64,000 bases of DNA from Lama glama (lineage: Eukaryota), in contig CM052817.1 of the NCBI GenBank assembly GCA_028534125.1, positions 95,978,001 to 96,042,000 on the forward strand, written 5' to 3'. Shown here piece after piece: positions 50,990-63,877 of the stretch (the stretch's first letter is position 1; each line of letters starts with the position of its first letter). Below the pieces are notes generated by a model. It was not told the DNA's origin, did no database searches, and worked only from the letters and a program-made list of their open reading frames with translations. The position numbers and the translations under genes are program-made.

Positions 50990-51115
50990 AAGAACAGACA
51001 CCAAACCATTAATAGTGGCTATGTTGGGGTGATAGGATTACAGATATTTTTTCCTTTGTGCTTTTCCCAGCTTTTTCAGGTTTTTGTACTGATTACGTAT
51101 TTATTAGAAAAAAGT
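50990..51115 (+). mobile_element. Old L1 3' end fragment
   Basis: caccaaaccattaatagtggctatgttggggtgataggattacag. Confidence 0.55.
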
Positions 51116-51555
51116 ATACAATAAATGTTACATGTTAAGTACGACTAACATTTTAGAGGTTCTCACTTTAATCTTTAGGCAAACCTTGAATAATGAAACG
51201 GGGCACTCAATCAATGTCTGACTAAAAACAATGAAACTGAGAATAATACCAAGAAACTACCTAGTCTTGTTATAGTAATGCTGAATACTCAGAGGAACGA
51301 ACTGTGGTTATAGTATCTGTGGTCAGAATATCAACTATTAACTTGAAAATATGTATTATTTTTTATTAATAGCTTATTAAGAACTTACAAATATCTAAGA
51401 TGATGCTGAACATCGCTTATTTGAAATATTACACACTACTTGACATTACATCTTTTTTTAAATGCCAATTTTCTCAATAGTCCTGAAGTTCAATTGTCCT
51501 TAATCTTGAGTTTCCTATGTCCTGCCAAAAAGGAATAAAATAAATGTTCCTTTAA

Positions 51556-51690
51556 TTGTTCATTCATTCAATGTAAATTTATTAAGCAATTTATTACGCT
51601 AAGCACTGAGAATACAAAAATAAATACCATGGAATACCTGCTCACAGTGATCAGGCTGGAAGACAGACATTGTAATGGCTATAATACAAG
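51556..51690 (-). mobile_element. L2 3' end
   Basis: ttcattcattcaa...tttattaagca...gctaagcactgagaatacaaa. Confidence 0.65.
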
Positions 51691-52407
51691 AAGATCAACA
51701 GAATCAAAGTTATGGCAGCAGAGAAATTAACTACTAAAATTTCTTTTTAAGTGGGCTTTTTCAATACCTCCCACAAAAAGGACTTTTCTGATCAATTAAT
51801 GGACGCTCTGTTTAATGCCAACACATGAACTAAGCTGCTCAGCACACCAACAGAGAAATCGGCCAAGAATTCCCCTAACGCTTTGCTTAGAAAGGCATCC
51901 ACAAAACCTAAGTGACAACCTATGTCAAACCATCTCCTGTTTCTTACAAATTTTAGACTCTAGCTACCGAACTCTGTTATTTCTGCTCTTTTCCATCCAT
52001 TAGGTCTGGGAATCTCAGAGCTTCTTAAAAGGGCAATGGATCAATCCCTCAGCAATAACGCTCTCATCAGCTTTTCATTAGCAATAAAATAGCTTTCCTG
52101 TCATCTTCTGGGAAATAACTTACCATGGATTCACAGCACTGCAAAGGACTTCTGCAGATCACCTAATCATAGCACTTTCCCTCAAAGAGGACCACACTGA
52201 AACCACTAACAAATGGGACCGACCTAGCCTATTCCTCATGTCTTCAGGATCAGAGACTGCATAATCTTTTAGAATTTTAAATTTAAAATCTGTATTTTAA
52301 ATCACATTTTTCACTAGCAAGTCTTTCCCTTTTCTGAATTAACTTGTGAGATCATCTTTTTATGTTAGGTCCCCTGAGAGGATTAAAAAAGAGCTGTGTT
52401 ATTGCTG

Positions 52408-52575
52408 TTACTAGTATGCTGGTAAGTTTAACCAATGGCTCTCAGGATGAGGGGAGAATCACCAGTTTGCAACATTTGCTGACTTTTGTGCTGTAAATGC
52501 TCCCACCATGGCCAATTTCAAGCTGCAAACCTGATGTCACTGAACACCAAGATGGGAAGAGATGACATAATTCCA
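52408..52575. mobile_element. MER63A-like (hAT-Blackjack) DNA transposon
   Basis: tgctggtaag...tgtaaatgctcccaccatggccaatttcaagct...tgatgtcactgaac...tgggaagagatg. Confidence 0.8.
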
Positions 52576-52752
52576 AAGGCATAAAAATTAGAAATAGAAG
52601 GGAAATTAAACACAAAATAAGCACGGGAAAGAAATTAAATAAAGATGTGTGCAGAAACGAATGAAATCAAAACTAGAAAGACAACAGAGATCAATGAAAT
52701 CAGAAGCTTGCTCTTTGTGGGGAAAGTTAATAAAACTAATATACTTTTAGAA

Positions 52753-53781
52753 CAGGGATTGGCACACTTTTTCTGTAAAAGATCACTGTTCCATTTCAAC
52801 CCAACTGGTCAAACACAACTGAGAATACTGCAGTATAATTCCGACACTAACCATGTGGAGTATGGCAGACCACACACGCTAAAGGCTCAGTCCTCCACAA
52901 GACCTCCCCCACTTCAGATGGGCAGCTGAACTTCAGGAGTCCCCAGGCCACCAGCACTTCTGATCAACCGGCTACAAATTCAGGGGTTCCCATGACCCCC
53001 TTTGGTTCAATAATTCAATAGAACAACTCATCAATCTAAATGAAAGTGCTATACTCATGACTACAGGTTTATAGAAGGGATACATACAGAGCGAGGGCTG
53101 TGCTTCCGTGCCGGGTCCCCGTGGAGCCAGAGCACATTACTCTCTCCGCACATCAATGTGTTCACCAACCAGGAAGCGTCACTGAGCTTCAGTGTCCAGA
53201 ATTTTCAATTTGAGTTTTGTAATGTAGGCATGATTGATTAAATCATTGACTGTGTGACTGAATTCAATCTCCAGCCCCCTCTCCTTCCCAGGAGGTCAAG
53301 TGGCTAAAAGTTCCAACATTCTAATCACATGTTTGGTCTTTCTAATGACCAGCCCCCATCCTGAAGTTATCCAGTGGCCCATCAGAGACACTCCAATCCC
53401 TCGGGAAATTCCAAGGATTTTTGAAGCCCTGTGCCAAGAACCTGGGACAAAGATTACATATATTTTTTATTATACCACAGGAACATAATAAATATTTTAG
53501 GCTTTGTAGCCCATATGGTCACAAATTCTTAACTCTGCTGCTAAAACACAAAAGCAGCCATAGATAATGTACAAGATAATGTGTGGTTGTGTTCCAACAA
53601 AACTTCATCTCTGCATACTAAAATTTGATGTTCATTTCATTTTCATGTGTCATGAAATTATATTTTCTCTTGATTTTTTTTCTAACCATTAAAAAATGTA
53701 CAAAGCATTCTTCAGTCATTTACTATACACAACATGCTGCAAGCCTGATTTAGCCTGCAAACAATAAATTGTCCATCTTTG
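52753..53781. mobile_element. MER58B-like (hAT-Charlie) element inserted in L1 and split by an LTR
   Basis: cagggattggcacactttttctgtaaaag ... resumes at taaatattttaggctttgt...aaagcagccataga...tgttccaacaaaactt. Confidence 0.8.
52785..53479 (-). mobile_element. ERVL-type solo LTR (MER21C-like) nested in MER58B
   Basis: ccacaagacctcccccacttcagatg...ggctacaaattcaggggttccca...gcatgattgattaaatcattg...ttttattataccaca; similar to the copy at 43578. Confidence 0.82.
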
Positions 53782-56475
53782 CTCCAGGAGAAAAAGAGAA
53801 GATAGAAATAATCAATATCAAGAATGAAAGAAGGAGCATCCTTCAGATACTTAAAGAGTAAGAATACTATAAACAACACTATGCTCTCCAAACTTGACAA
53901 CTTAGATGAAATAGACAAATTCCTTAAAAAACACAAATTACCAAAGCTCTCTCAAGAGGAAATAAATAACCTAAATAGCCTATTATATATTAAAGACATT
54001 CAGTGTGTGTTTAAAAATTTTCCCACAAATCTCTGAGATCAAATGGCTTCACTGGTAAATTCAACCAAACATTTAAAGAAGAAATAATATTAATTCTGTA
54101 AAACCTGACCGAGAAAACACAAGGGAAGGGAAAATCATTTTATGAAACCAAAACCAAATCAAAATATCATAAAAGAACTGCAGAACAATAATCCTCATGC
54201 ATATAGGCAGACACAAAACTTACAACATTTGAGCTAATTAAATCCAATAATATACAAAAAAGATAACACATCATGACCAAGTGGGGTTTATTCTAGGAAT
54301 GCAAAGTTGGTTTAATATTTGAAAGCAATTGAGGAAATTCACCTCATCATCAGATTAAAAGAAAAAACATGTGATGAAAACTAGTAGACAGAGAAAAAGT
54401 ATTTGACAAAAGTCCACATACATTTATGATTAAAAAAAAAAAACTCTCAGGAAATAAGAATTGAAAAGAATTTCCTCCAAATCATAAAGGGCATCTTTAT
54501 CAGAAAACAAACAGATAACATCACATTTAATGGGAAAAGACTGAATGTTTTCCTTTTAAAATCAGGAATCCAGTAAGTCTACTTTTACTATACTTCTACC
54601 CAACATTGGCCTGAAAGTGCTAGCTATGCAATAATGCAAGAAAAAGAAATAAAATGCAAAGAAATTGGAAAAGAAGAAATAAATCCACTTTTTCACAAAT
54701 TATATGATCCTAGAAAATCTCATCAACAACAAAAAAAAAACTTCAAGAAATAATAAGTTTAGCAATGTTGAAGAATACAAGGTATATAAAAATCAATAAA
54801 TTTCTATGTATACTGGCAATTATATTGACTAATTTAAAATTGGAATTAATAAAAATGCCATTTACAATAGTACATCAAGATCATGAAGTTCTCCTACAGA
54901 GAAATATGTAAAGTCCTAAATAGAAAGATATGTATTAGAATCCTCAATTACTAAGATGTCAAATTTCCCCAGACTGACCTATATATTTAAAGTAATTCCA
55001 ACCAAAATCCCTGCAGAATTTTTAGAAGAAAATGACAAGATGACTAAAATTTATTTGGAAATCTTCCTCTTGGAAAAAAGAAAAAAGTCAGAAGACTGAC
55101 ACTACTTGATTTCAACACAATATAAAGCTGTATTATACAAGATAGTGTGGTATTAGCTTAAGGACAGATACATAGATCAATGGAACAGAACAGAAAGTCC
55201 AGAAATAGATCTATATAGATATGGTAAGTTGATTTTTGATGACGGTGCTACCATAATTCAATGGGGAAAGAATAATCCTTTTAGTAAGTGATAACTGACA
55301 TCTCTATGTAAAACAAACAAGCAAACAAAAAGCCAGAACTCTGACCCTTACCTCACACCATATATAAAACATTGGAATGGATGGTAGAGCTAAACATAGG
55401 AGCTAAATCTATAAAACTTCTAGAAGACAACACAGAGAAAAATCTTTGTGACTTTGGGTTAGGACAACATTTCTCAGACAGGATACAAAAATCATAAAAT
55501 TTTTAAAAAATGATAAATTGGACTTTATCACAATTTAAAACTTTTTTCCTTCAAAGGCACTGTTAAGAAAATGAAAAAGCAAGCTACATATTGGGAAAAT
55601 ACATTTACAAAACACATATCTAATAAAGGACTTATAGGTAGAGTATATTTTAAATATTCTTACAACTAACTAATAAGAAGACAATCCCATAAAAAGGTGG
55701 GCTAATGACTTGAACAAATACTTCACTAAAGAAGCAATATAGATAACATACCAACAAAAGAAAAGATGTTCAACATCATTAGTTAGTAGAGATGTGTAAA
55801 TTAAAATCATAATGAGATATCACTATATACCTACTAAAAGAGCTAAAACTTTTTTTAAAAAAAGCTTTATAGTTCAGTGCTGGTTAGGATGTGGACCAAA
55901 TAAAAGTCTCATATATTGCTGGAATGAATCCAAAATGATACAGACACTATGGAAGAAGTTTAGCAGTTTCTTTTTAAATCATACATATACTTACTATATG
56001 GCCCAGCCATCCCTCTTCTGGGTATTTACTTATCTAAGAGACAGATATTAATGGGTCCATACAAAAACTTGTGCTGAAATATTCAGAGCAGCTTTACTTA
56101 TAATAGTTCAAAATTGGAAATTACCCAACTGTCCATCAACTGGTGAATAAACACATGATATATCCATACAAGATGATACTACTTAGCAACAAAACGGAAT
56201 GAACTACTGATATATGCAACAAGATGGATGAAATTCAGAAGCACTGTGCTGAGTAAATGCAGCCAGAGACAAAAAGCTATGTACTGTATGAGTCCATTGA
56301 TACGACATTCTGGAAAAGGCTAAACTATACAGACAGAATTCAGATCACTGGCTGTCAGCGACTGCAGGTAGGAAAAGGAAAAGAGGCAAAAAGAACTTTT
56401 TAGCATTATAGCAATGATCTACACAACTTTATGTATTTTATAAAACTAATCAAATTCCATACTTTAAAAGGGTGA

Positions 56476-56756
56476 TAGATAAACAAAGTCCTACTGTATA
56501 TTTTTATTTTATTTATTTATTTATTTATTAAACAGCAGTACTAGGAATTGAACCCAGGACCTTGTTCATGCTAGGCATGTGCTCTTACCGCTGAGCTATA
56601 CCCTCCCCTCTATTGTATGGCACAGGGAACTGTATTCAGTGTCTAGTAATAATGTATAATGGAAAAGAATCTGAAAAAATATGTATGTATAACTGAATCA
56701 CTTTGCTGTACACCTGAAACTAACACAATATTGTAAATCAACTATACCTAAATTTT
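56476..56756 (+). mobile_element. Artiodactyl-type L1 3' end inserted in the older L1, split by a SINE
   Basis: tagataaacaaagtcctactgtata...gcacagggaac...aactgaatcactttgctgtacacctgaaactaac; flanked by the direct repeat tttaaaagggtga (56463-56475 and 56757-56769). Confidence 0.9.
56501..56608 (-). mobile_element. Vic-1-like SINE, short form
   Basis: ttgaacccaggaccttgttcatgctaggcatgtgctc...ctgagctataccctcccc; degenerate TSD cctactgtata / tctattgtatg. Confidence 0.9.
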
Positions 56757-57134
56757 TTTAAAAGGGTGAATTTTGCTATCATGAATTTTACTATCTGAAA
56801 ATTATATACTCATAAACCTGACTTTGTAAATTTATATACATTTTTAAAGTAAACAAAGAAGTAGAAAAAATAACTAGATGTCATTATGATTTAGCTTTTT
56901 CATATTTACGTGGTTTTGAAGTTAACAGAAAAAATTTCAATAAATAAATATAAATAAATCTTTACTTAATAAAAATAAACACTAATCAAAACCACAGAAT
57001 TACTGCCACTACCTACGACCTATAAAAACTGAAGCTTCAGAGCTCTGCCTGTAATTTGTAAAAAAAATCTTTCTATGTCATTATTTTCAACATAAACAGA
57101 ATGTGAATGCTGAAGGACTCTGTGGGCTTACTGG

Positions 57135-57234
57135 NNNNNNNNNNNNNNNNNNNNNNNNNNNNNNNNNNNNNNNNNNNNNNNNNNNNNNNNNNNNNNNNNN
57201 NNNNNNNNNNNNNNNNNNNNNNNNNNNNNNNNNN
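57135..57234. other. Assembly gap (100 N)
   Basis: Run of exactly 100 N. Confidence 1.
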
Positions 57235-57725
57235 AATATCTATCTCTGTATTGCAGCTTTGGTTGGTTTATTCTCATCAATTGTACAATACTTGAAACAC
57301 CTGACAATATAACACAGATAAAATGTGAATAGGTTGCTAAATATGATTGCAAGTCCTATAGAAGATGCAGGATTTCATTAGTCAGTGAAATCAGAACAAA
57401 ATCAATGACAGATGAGAAAAAAGTAAATGACAAGATAGATACCTAAAAGGAGAGTAATCAAAATATTTTTTTAAATGAGAGCACCTGTGAAAATTGATGA
57501 AGGCTCAATTTTCTTTTTTGGCAAATATGTATCTTTATGACTGTGTTGCAAAAATAAATAGGACGAAAAGATATGACATCATGTCATTATTTTACAAATT
57601 TCTTGGGAAAATTACACCGCTCCTCACCCTCCAAAACAACCTAATTCTTTCTTCACTCAAAGAATTAGCAGATAATTATCATATAACCTGAATTTTGTTC
57701 AGTGAATTAAACAAGCTTCTTTCCA

Positions 57726-57865
57726 GGGGGGAGGGTATAGCTCAAGTGGTAGAACACATGCTTAGCATGCACGAGGCCCTGGGTTCAATCCCCAGAACCT
57801 CCTCCAAATATAAATTAAATAAAAAAACCTAATTACCTCCCCCTCATAAAACAAAAACCAAAAGA
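57726..57865 (+). mobile_element. Vic-1-like SINE with 13-bp TSD
   Basis: gagggtatagctcaagtggtagaacacatgcttagcatgcacgaggccctgggttcaatcccc...cctaattacctcccc; TSD aagcttctttcca / aagcttatttcca. Confidence 0.93.
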
Positions 57866-58199
57866 AAGCTTATTTCCATAATTTACAGTTTCACTTTTTA
57901 AAAATTAAAAACGAATTAAATATATCTTTTAATAATTAATACTAAATGCTAATTCTTTCTTTAAAGTTAACTAACTTTAAGTGAGCTTTCTTCTATATCA
58001 TTTACCATTGAATGGTGGATCTTCTCTTATTCTAGTTACTCAAACTTTTATGGACGGGCAGAATAGAGTAATTCTTTTTATTTCCTACAAAGTACATCTG
58101 AGGTTACAAAAAGTTTCAATGTGTTACACTCAACAGAATATAATTTAAATTCTCCAGAAATAAAAGAGAAATGCAGAAAGAAATAGCAGCCAACATCTT

Positions 58200-58325
58200 C
58201 CCAACTTCCTAAATTTTACATATGAGGGTTGGACAGAAGCCCAGCGTGGGAAGTGACTTGCTCAAGATGACACAGCTTCCGGCAGCGGCCAAGTCAGGAT
58301 TACAAAGGCTCCCAAACACTCCTCC
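58200..58325 (-). mobile_element. MIR fragment
   Basis: attttacatatgagg...gaagtgacttgctcaagatgacacagct. Confidence 0.7.
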
Positions 58326-59129
58326 TTCTCTAGGCCATTAATCTTTATTTGACTCTAATATACTATGCAGATAAGATATATGTGAATATCAAAAATACAG
58401 GGGATGGATGTTATATAGACACACTAAAACGTAAAACACTAGTCAGCAAGCAGTGAAGCACTAAATCGACTTCAAATTTTTATTAAGGTTATCCTTCTGT
58501 TAGTGATTGAAGGTATATTAGCTTAGTGGCCCATGCAATAGCTGTAGCACCACAACTAATGGACTGCCAAGAGATGATTTAATAAAGAGACCCAGCTGAA
58601 CAACGGTGTATAAGTAACTCTGACAACCTGAGGCTTTCTTCTGGTCAAACGTTTTATATCTGTAAGTGACTTTCTCTAAAAAAAAAAAATTACCTGAGAA
58701 GATACTCTCAGAAGGTTTCACTGTAATAACAGCAGCCCAAACATTCTTATATAAGTTCAGATTCTCCGAGATCTAAAGATGTGATTAAAAAAAAAAATAG
58801 CTTAAAGGTCTTGTCCCCTGATCCTTCTACAGGCACCATTTATACCATGGTTAGAGACCTAGTTAAACAACGCATTGAGCAACTACACTGTGTCATTTCT
58901 TTTGGGCGAAGTAAAGTAGAGAAATAGAGCAACTTTTTAAATGTTGCCCTTGAGATTTTACTCTAAAATATGAGCAGTAGAAATTGGGAGGGGACTGGGA
59001 AGGGTGAAATTAAAATATTTATTAAATACACACTTCTATAAAATATTACACGGACTCCTCATCTTTACAACATGGACCAACTTGCACTGAGAAGAGAAAA
59101 GAAAAGTAGTGTGGGGAGAAAATGTCAAA

Positions 59130-59710
59130 ATGAGCCAAGATTTAAAAAAAAATAGTAATGCTGTTGTTTGATAGGAGTTCAGGGAAAGACGCCTTTGCAT
59201 CCTTTATAACCTTGCTGGAAGGGCGGCAGTCAGTAACAAAACCTTCAAAATGTCCATGTCTACCCCTTGATCCAGGAATTCCACTTTTAAAAACTTATCT
59301 AAGAAAACAGTACAGACCCAAGAAAAAATTATTAAAAGAATCTTCATATTAACATTATTTTTTAATAGCAAAAATTATCCCGGGCTAAAATAAATCACTG
59401 CACATCCATACATGAGAACGGTCGGTAGTCTTAAAAAGAGTGTTGTAGAACTGTAGTTGCAAAACATGTAGACATGTTCACAATGCATTGTTAAGTGGAC
59501 AAATAGGATTACAAAATAGTATGTATTATATAATCTCACTTTATCACACATATGTACAGATAAAAAGGTCAGGAAGATACACATTAAAACATCTCTATTG
59601 GTATCAGATCAGTGGGATTATGGTATTTCTTTGTTTTGTTTACCTACATTGTTTAGTTTATCCACTAGGAATAATACTGCTTTTTTAATAAGAAAAAAGC
59701 AAGTTATTAA
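59130..59710 (+). mobile_element. Ancient L1 (L1ME-like) 3' fragment
   Basis: cccttgatccaggaattccactttta...tttttaatagcaaaaa...ttaagtggacaaataggattacaaaatagtatg. Confidence 0.7.
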
Positions 59711-61861
59711 GAATTTTTAAACAGTACAAGAATATAAAATTTCATATAGTCATTTTGGAATATTGTAAGTGACTTTGAGATGCCACAATACAGTGTGCTT
59801 TAGGACAGTGAATGGATGGTAAGCCTTTCCTCTGATATACCATTGGTCAAAAATTATGTTTATGTGATAACGTGAATCAAACCCAAAAGAAAAAAGTCAT
59901 TTCACTGAGGCTAATGATACTTTTGTTTTATTAGACAAAGAATCCATCACAGCCATTATCAAAGTAGTCATTTGGGGAAATTAAATCACAAAAAAATTGA
60001 GACATTTATGTAGGATGATTTTAGGTTACAAGCAAAATGGATGAAGGTTTAAATACTTAAACTCACAAATAGTACCTTCGGTAAAAAGAGAGTTTTTATT
60101 TCCTTTAAAACAGGGTTTATTATTTACTCACATAAAAAATGTATTCCCTTAAATACTTCTTACAATAGCACAGGTAAAGTCAAAGAACTCTGTTCCAGAT
60201 GCAAAGTCAGATTCCGGATTCTTTTTTAAGGATGCTCAACTTCTTATGAAACAAAGACAGAGTTTCCCACCTGAATTTTCACACAAAATATTTCTACTAT
60301 GAGACAATTTAAAAGCCTCTGAAATTTGTTTTTTTAATTATGTTTATAGAATGTAATAAAATATTAGGCAGTCAGTGTGTAAGACACATACACACCGTGG
60401 TTTGTGTATTGCATTATGGTATAACTCATTCAAAACATGTTTATGAAGTAAATATTTTCTCTTCTAGACTCATGTGAAAATAAAGAATTGACCTAAAAAT
60501 AGGAATAATACCTTTGAATTTAAAATTGTGTTTAGATCATCTCAAAACGAATTCTTGATTTAAAATGTGTTCCTGGGAAATTTTAAGAATAAAATGAGGC
60601 ACAATGTTATTCCTTTTGAATAACTGTTCCTTTTGAAAAGCTGTTTTTTAGATTCAAAATCAAGTCATTAATTTAAACACTTCTTTCTCCCAATCACTGA
60701 AAGGTATGCTGCTCAACACCTTTATAAGACTTTAAATCTCAAATTTTAATATTCTATAGAAATTAGGAAAAAATACGGTATTTGTTTTTCTTCCAGTGCT
60801 ACTCTTTATTTCCATGAACACAAGGACGTTATCAGAGAAAAGCACTGCTTAAATATGAACTGTCTAAGCACAAAGTGTCTATGACACCTAATTATTTATA
60901 ACACACCCCCTTGGCCAGAATATTGTAAGGAAGACAAGCATCAGGGAACAGCTGGATTGAAAGACCTCTGTTTCTGTTTCCTTCCCAATCATTCTCTGAA
61001 GCTCTTAAAGATCTCAGTTTAACTGAAGTCTTTATTAGACACCAAGTGAGTTAACATGTACTGAAAAACTCTTTAAGAATATAAACGAGATGTTTACTCA
61101 GACCAGCCCTCCTTCTTTAACCACAATTAGCTTAAAGATTCAAATTGTGAACATAGTTTTAAGATTTTCCTGACATGTCCTTTAACCTGCTTCCCCCACG
61201 TCTCTTCCGTATTGCTCTCATCTTTCTAGTTTTAAACTTGAAAGAGGTTTACATTTTTTAGAAAAAGAATGTGGATGCTTTTTAAAAATGTATTCCCTTA
61301 ACTACTCCTTACATCTACTTTCTAATCCCCAACTCACTTAATTAAATTCAGCGTGAATTTAAATTGCAATTAACATCTTTTGAGGGATTACATGTTCTAA
61401 TCACAATTATGCAGTGAATCCTTGAAACACATACATTTTGTTACATTATCTGAAATGCAAGTTGGAGTCCAAAAAAGATGTTTAATAAAAATGTATAGTT
61501 CTGAAGACTTAATTATGGAACCTAAGGGATTAGAAATGAGATTAAAAGGAGTAAAAGCACGGATACAAGTGCAAAAAACAAATTGTTTCACCTCCAGAAC
61601 CCCTGGAAATGGCCCCACTTGGCTCCCACTTAACCTTGCTTCTTCACAGTTTAAAAACTGCCTTCTAAGAGGTTTCATTAACCAAACCACATTTCATTCT
61701 TCCCTCTAGATCAGCTCGCAGGGTCTTAAATGAGAGGGTCTTAATATTCTACAAGATCAGGAGACAAGACCTGTTTCTGACCCAGGAATTTATAATGAAA
61801 TGACTTACCTTCTTTTACTTTACTTTTTCTTTAAAATAGCATTCCATAAGCAGAAAAGAAA

Positions 61862-62052
61862 AGGCTGACTTTTTTGAGCATCTTCTATATGTCAAACAAG
61901 TGATATTTCACTTAATCCCCAAAATAACCCTATGAGGCACTATTCCATTTTATAGACCGAAAAACAAGGCTCAGAGAAGTGGAAAAATTGGTTGAGAAAA
62001 AATAAGTGAAGTGAATCAGTGGCAAAACTGGGACTCCTAAACCCGTGCTCTT
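61862..62052 (-). mobile_element. MIR
   Basis: cacttaatccc...aaccctatgaggc...ccattttataga...aggctcagagaag...cccgtgctctt. Confidence 0.75.
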
Positions 62053-62804
62053 GTAAAAGGACAGCATCGTACCTATGAGACTTTAGGAAGAAAGTCTAGC
62101 ACAGAGCACCTGTTTTCAGTTGTCCATTGTAACTAGAATCCTCTCAAACAGGATGCTAGACACCTTCTTCTCTCTGGTGGTGAGCTTGGACAGAATCCTT
62201 CAAGAAGTTTCACTCTTGGGATGCTCAGGGCTCTGTCTTTAAAATTCAAGAGCTTGCCAAAAGCCAGGCTTACTTCACTGCCACTCAATCAGTGTCCAGC
62301 AGTCAGGACAGGCTTTATTGCGAATTCAAGATCTGATTTATTTAATTTATGCCCAGTCTCCTTTTGGTAACTTTTCTCTTCAAGGTTTGTGCACTTAGCG
62401 GACTGTTACCTCCAATGTAAAGTTTATCCTCAACTATCAGCTTCTTGTTAACTACTCTTCACACAACTTTTCCTGCCAAGCTTTACTAGTAAAAGAGAGA
62501 CTATTTAGGCTAGCTCTTACTTTTTTCCTTTGAGATCATCATGAGATAATACCAAGTTACTAAGCTGCCTACCCAGTCACCCTGAAAAGTAGGGTTAAAA
62601 AAAAAAAAAAAACTTACTACATGGTTTTCCTTTCATTTACCCATGATCCATTCCCCTAGACCTATGTGGCATGATTATGCTTAGTGTAACAGAACCTCCT
62701 GAACAAAAATAAACAAGGACACAACCCGAAGACTGCGGGGAGACAGAGAGGAGAAGAGGGCTGTGTTTCAGTGTGTGGTTTACCACCTAAAACAACCGTG
62801 GGAT

Positions 62805-63030
62805 ACGCAGGTACACACTAGAGGGCGCTAGACTCAGCTTTCCTAGGTCTAAATCAAGCACCAAAGCTAAAGGGACCGCCGAGATCAATTTAACCCTTTC
62901 AAGCCTATTTCCTCATCTCAAAAACAGATGTAACATTAGTATCTACTTGTAAGTGCTAAGTGAGAATTAAATGAGACAATTCATGTAAAGTATTAGCATA
63001 GTAAGTGCTTAATAAGTGTTAGTTATTATT
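62805..63030 (+). mobile_element. MIR
   Basis: tttcctcatct...gtgagaattaaatgagacaattcatgtaaag...atagtaagtgcttaataa. Confidence 0.8.
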
Positions 63031-63877
63031 AACTGTATCATTAACAATATCATATTACTAAGTGGTAAGAACCATTAATCAATGACTTGCCAAATTAGAA
63101 ACCCAGAAATAGAGATAAAATTTCTGGCAAATTTGGAAAAACAGCGACAAACATCATATGGTGGAAAAAAGAAGGAAGGATGAACATTGGGGTATGAGGC
63201 TAGCAAGCCTTTTTAAAAACATGGTGTTTATTTCTTACTACATAACTCACTGCGATTTTAGAATCATCACCATTATGTGGAATGCTTTATTAACATTTAG
63301 AGATTTGTCAGACCTCAGAAAATATTCAACAAAGAAAAATGTTTTTACCACCTTTGGGGTAAAAACCTGAAAGAAATTCTGGAATGGGATTGGAAGAAGG
63401 GGTGGAAACAAACGTTCATGGAGGAGTGGGTCTAATTAGGATTGGGGTCCGGGGTAAAATGATCAGTCAGGGTGCTCGTAAAGTCTCCTGAAAGGCAAAG
63501 GTGGAATGGGGGACATAACCGTCTCCACAGGCACTGGAGAAGCTAATGGCTGCCAGGAGGGCAGAAACCAACCCCTCGGGCAAAATCTGTGCATCTCATT
63601 CCAGTCACCATTTTTCCAACTCTGGCCTTGCTTGCACCTCTGATAAAATAACAATGTGGGAAGGCTACAAAGGGGAGCAAATGGTTGGTAGTGGTAGGAA
63701 GGTGATCAGGAGAAGGTACCACTGGTGTCTGAGAGGTTGAAAACTTAACTGAGTCAGCAGCTTCACAAAGTTGCCAAAGGGCACGTGGATAATGCTTCCT
63801 TGAGAGCAGTACTAAGCAAAGGTAAAAGAAAATAAGGAATATTAAGATCCCTGAACTTAAAATCTTATTATCATCCA

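Larger units (their letters stand above)
52585..56825 (+). mobile_element. Large old L1 (L1MB/L1ME-like) ORF2 plus 3' UTR fossil with nested insertions
   Basis: ORF 53824-54036 KLDNLDEIDKFLKKHKLPKLSQEEINNLN matches L1 ORF2p. DNA motifs atgaccaagtggggtttattctaggaatgcaa and tagatcaatggaacagaa are present. The frame is broken by many stops and frameshifts. Confidence 0.9.

Noticed and set aside
61803..61870. Perfect minus-strand donor AAG|GTAAGT with a possible 20-nt exon; similar chance pairs near 41177-41304 and 52124-52138
   Set aside because: The acceptors are weak and nothing else supports them. They show how often splice-like motifs arise by chance in long introns.
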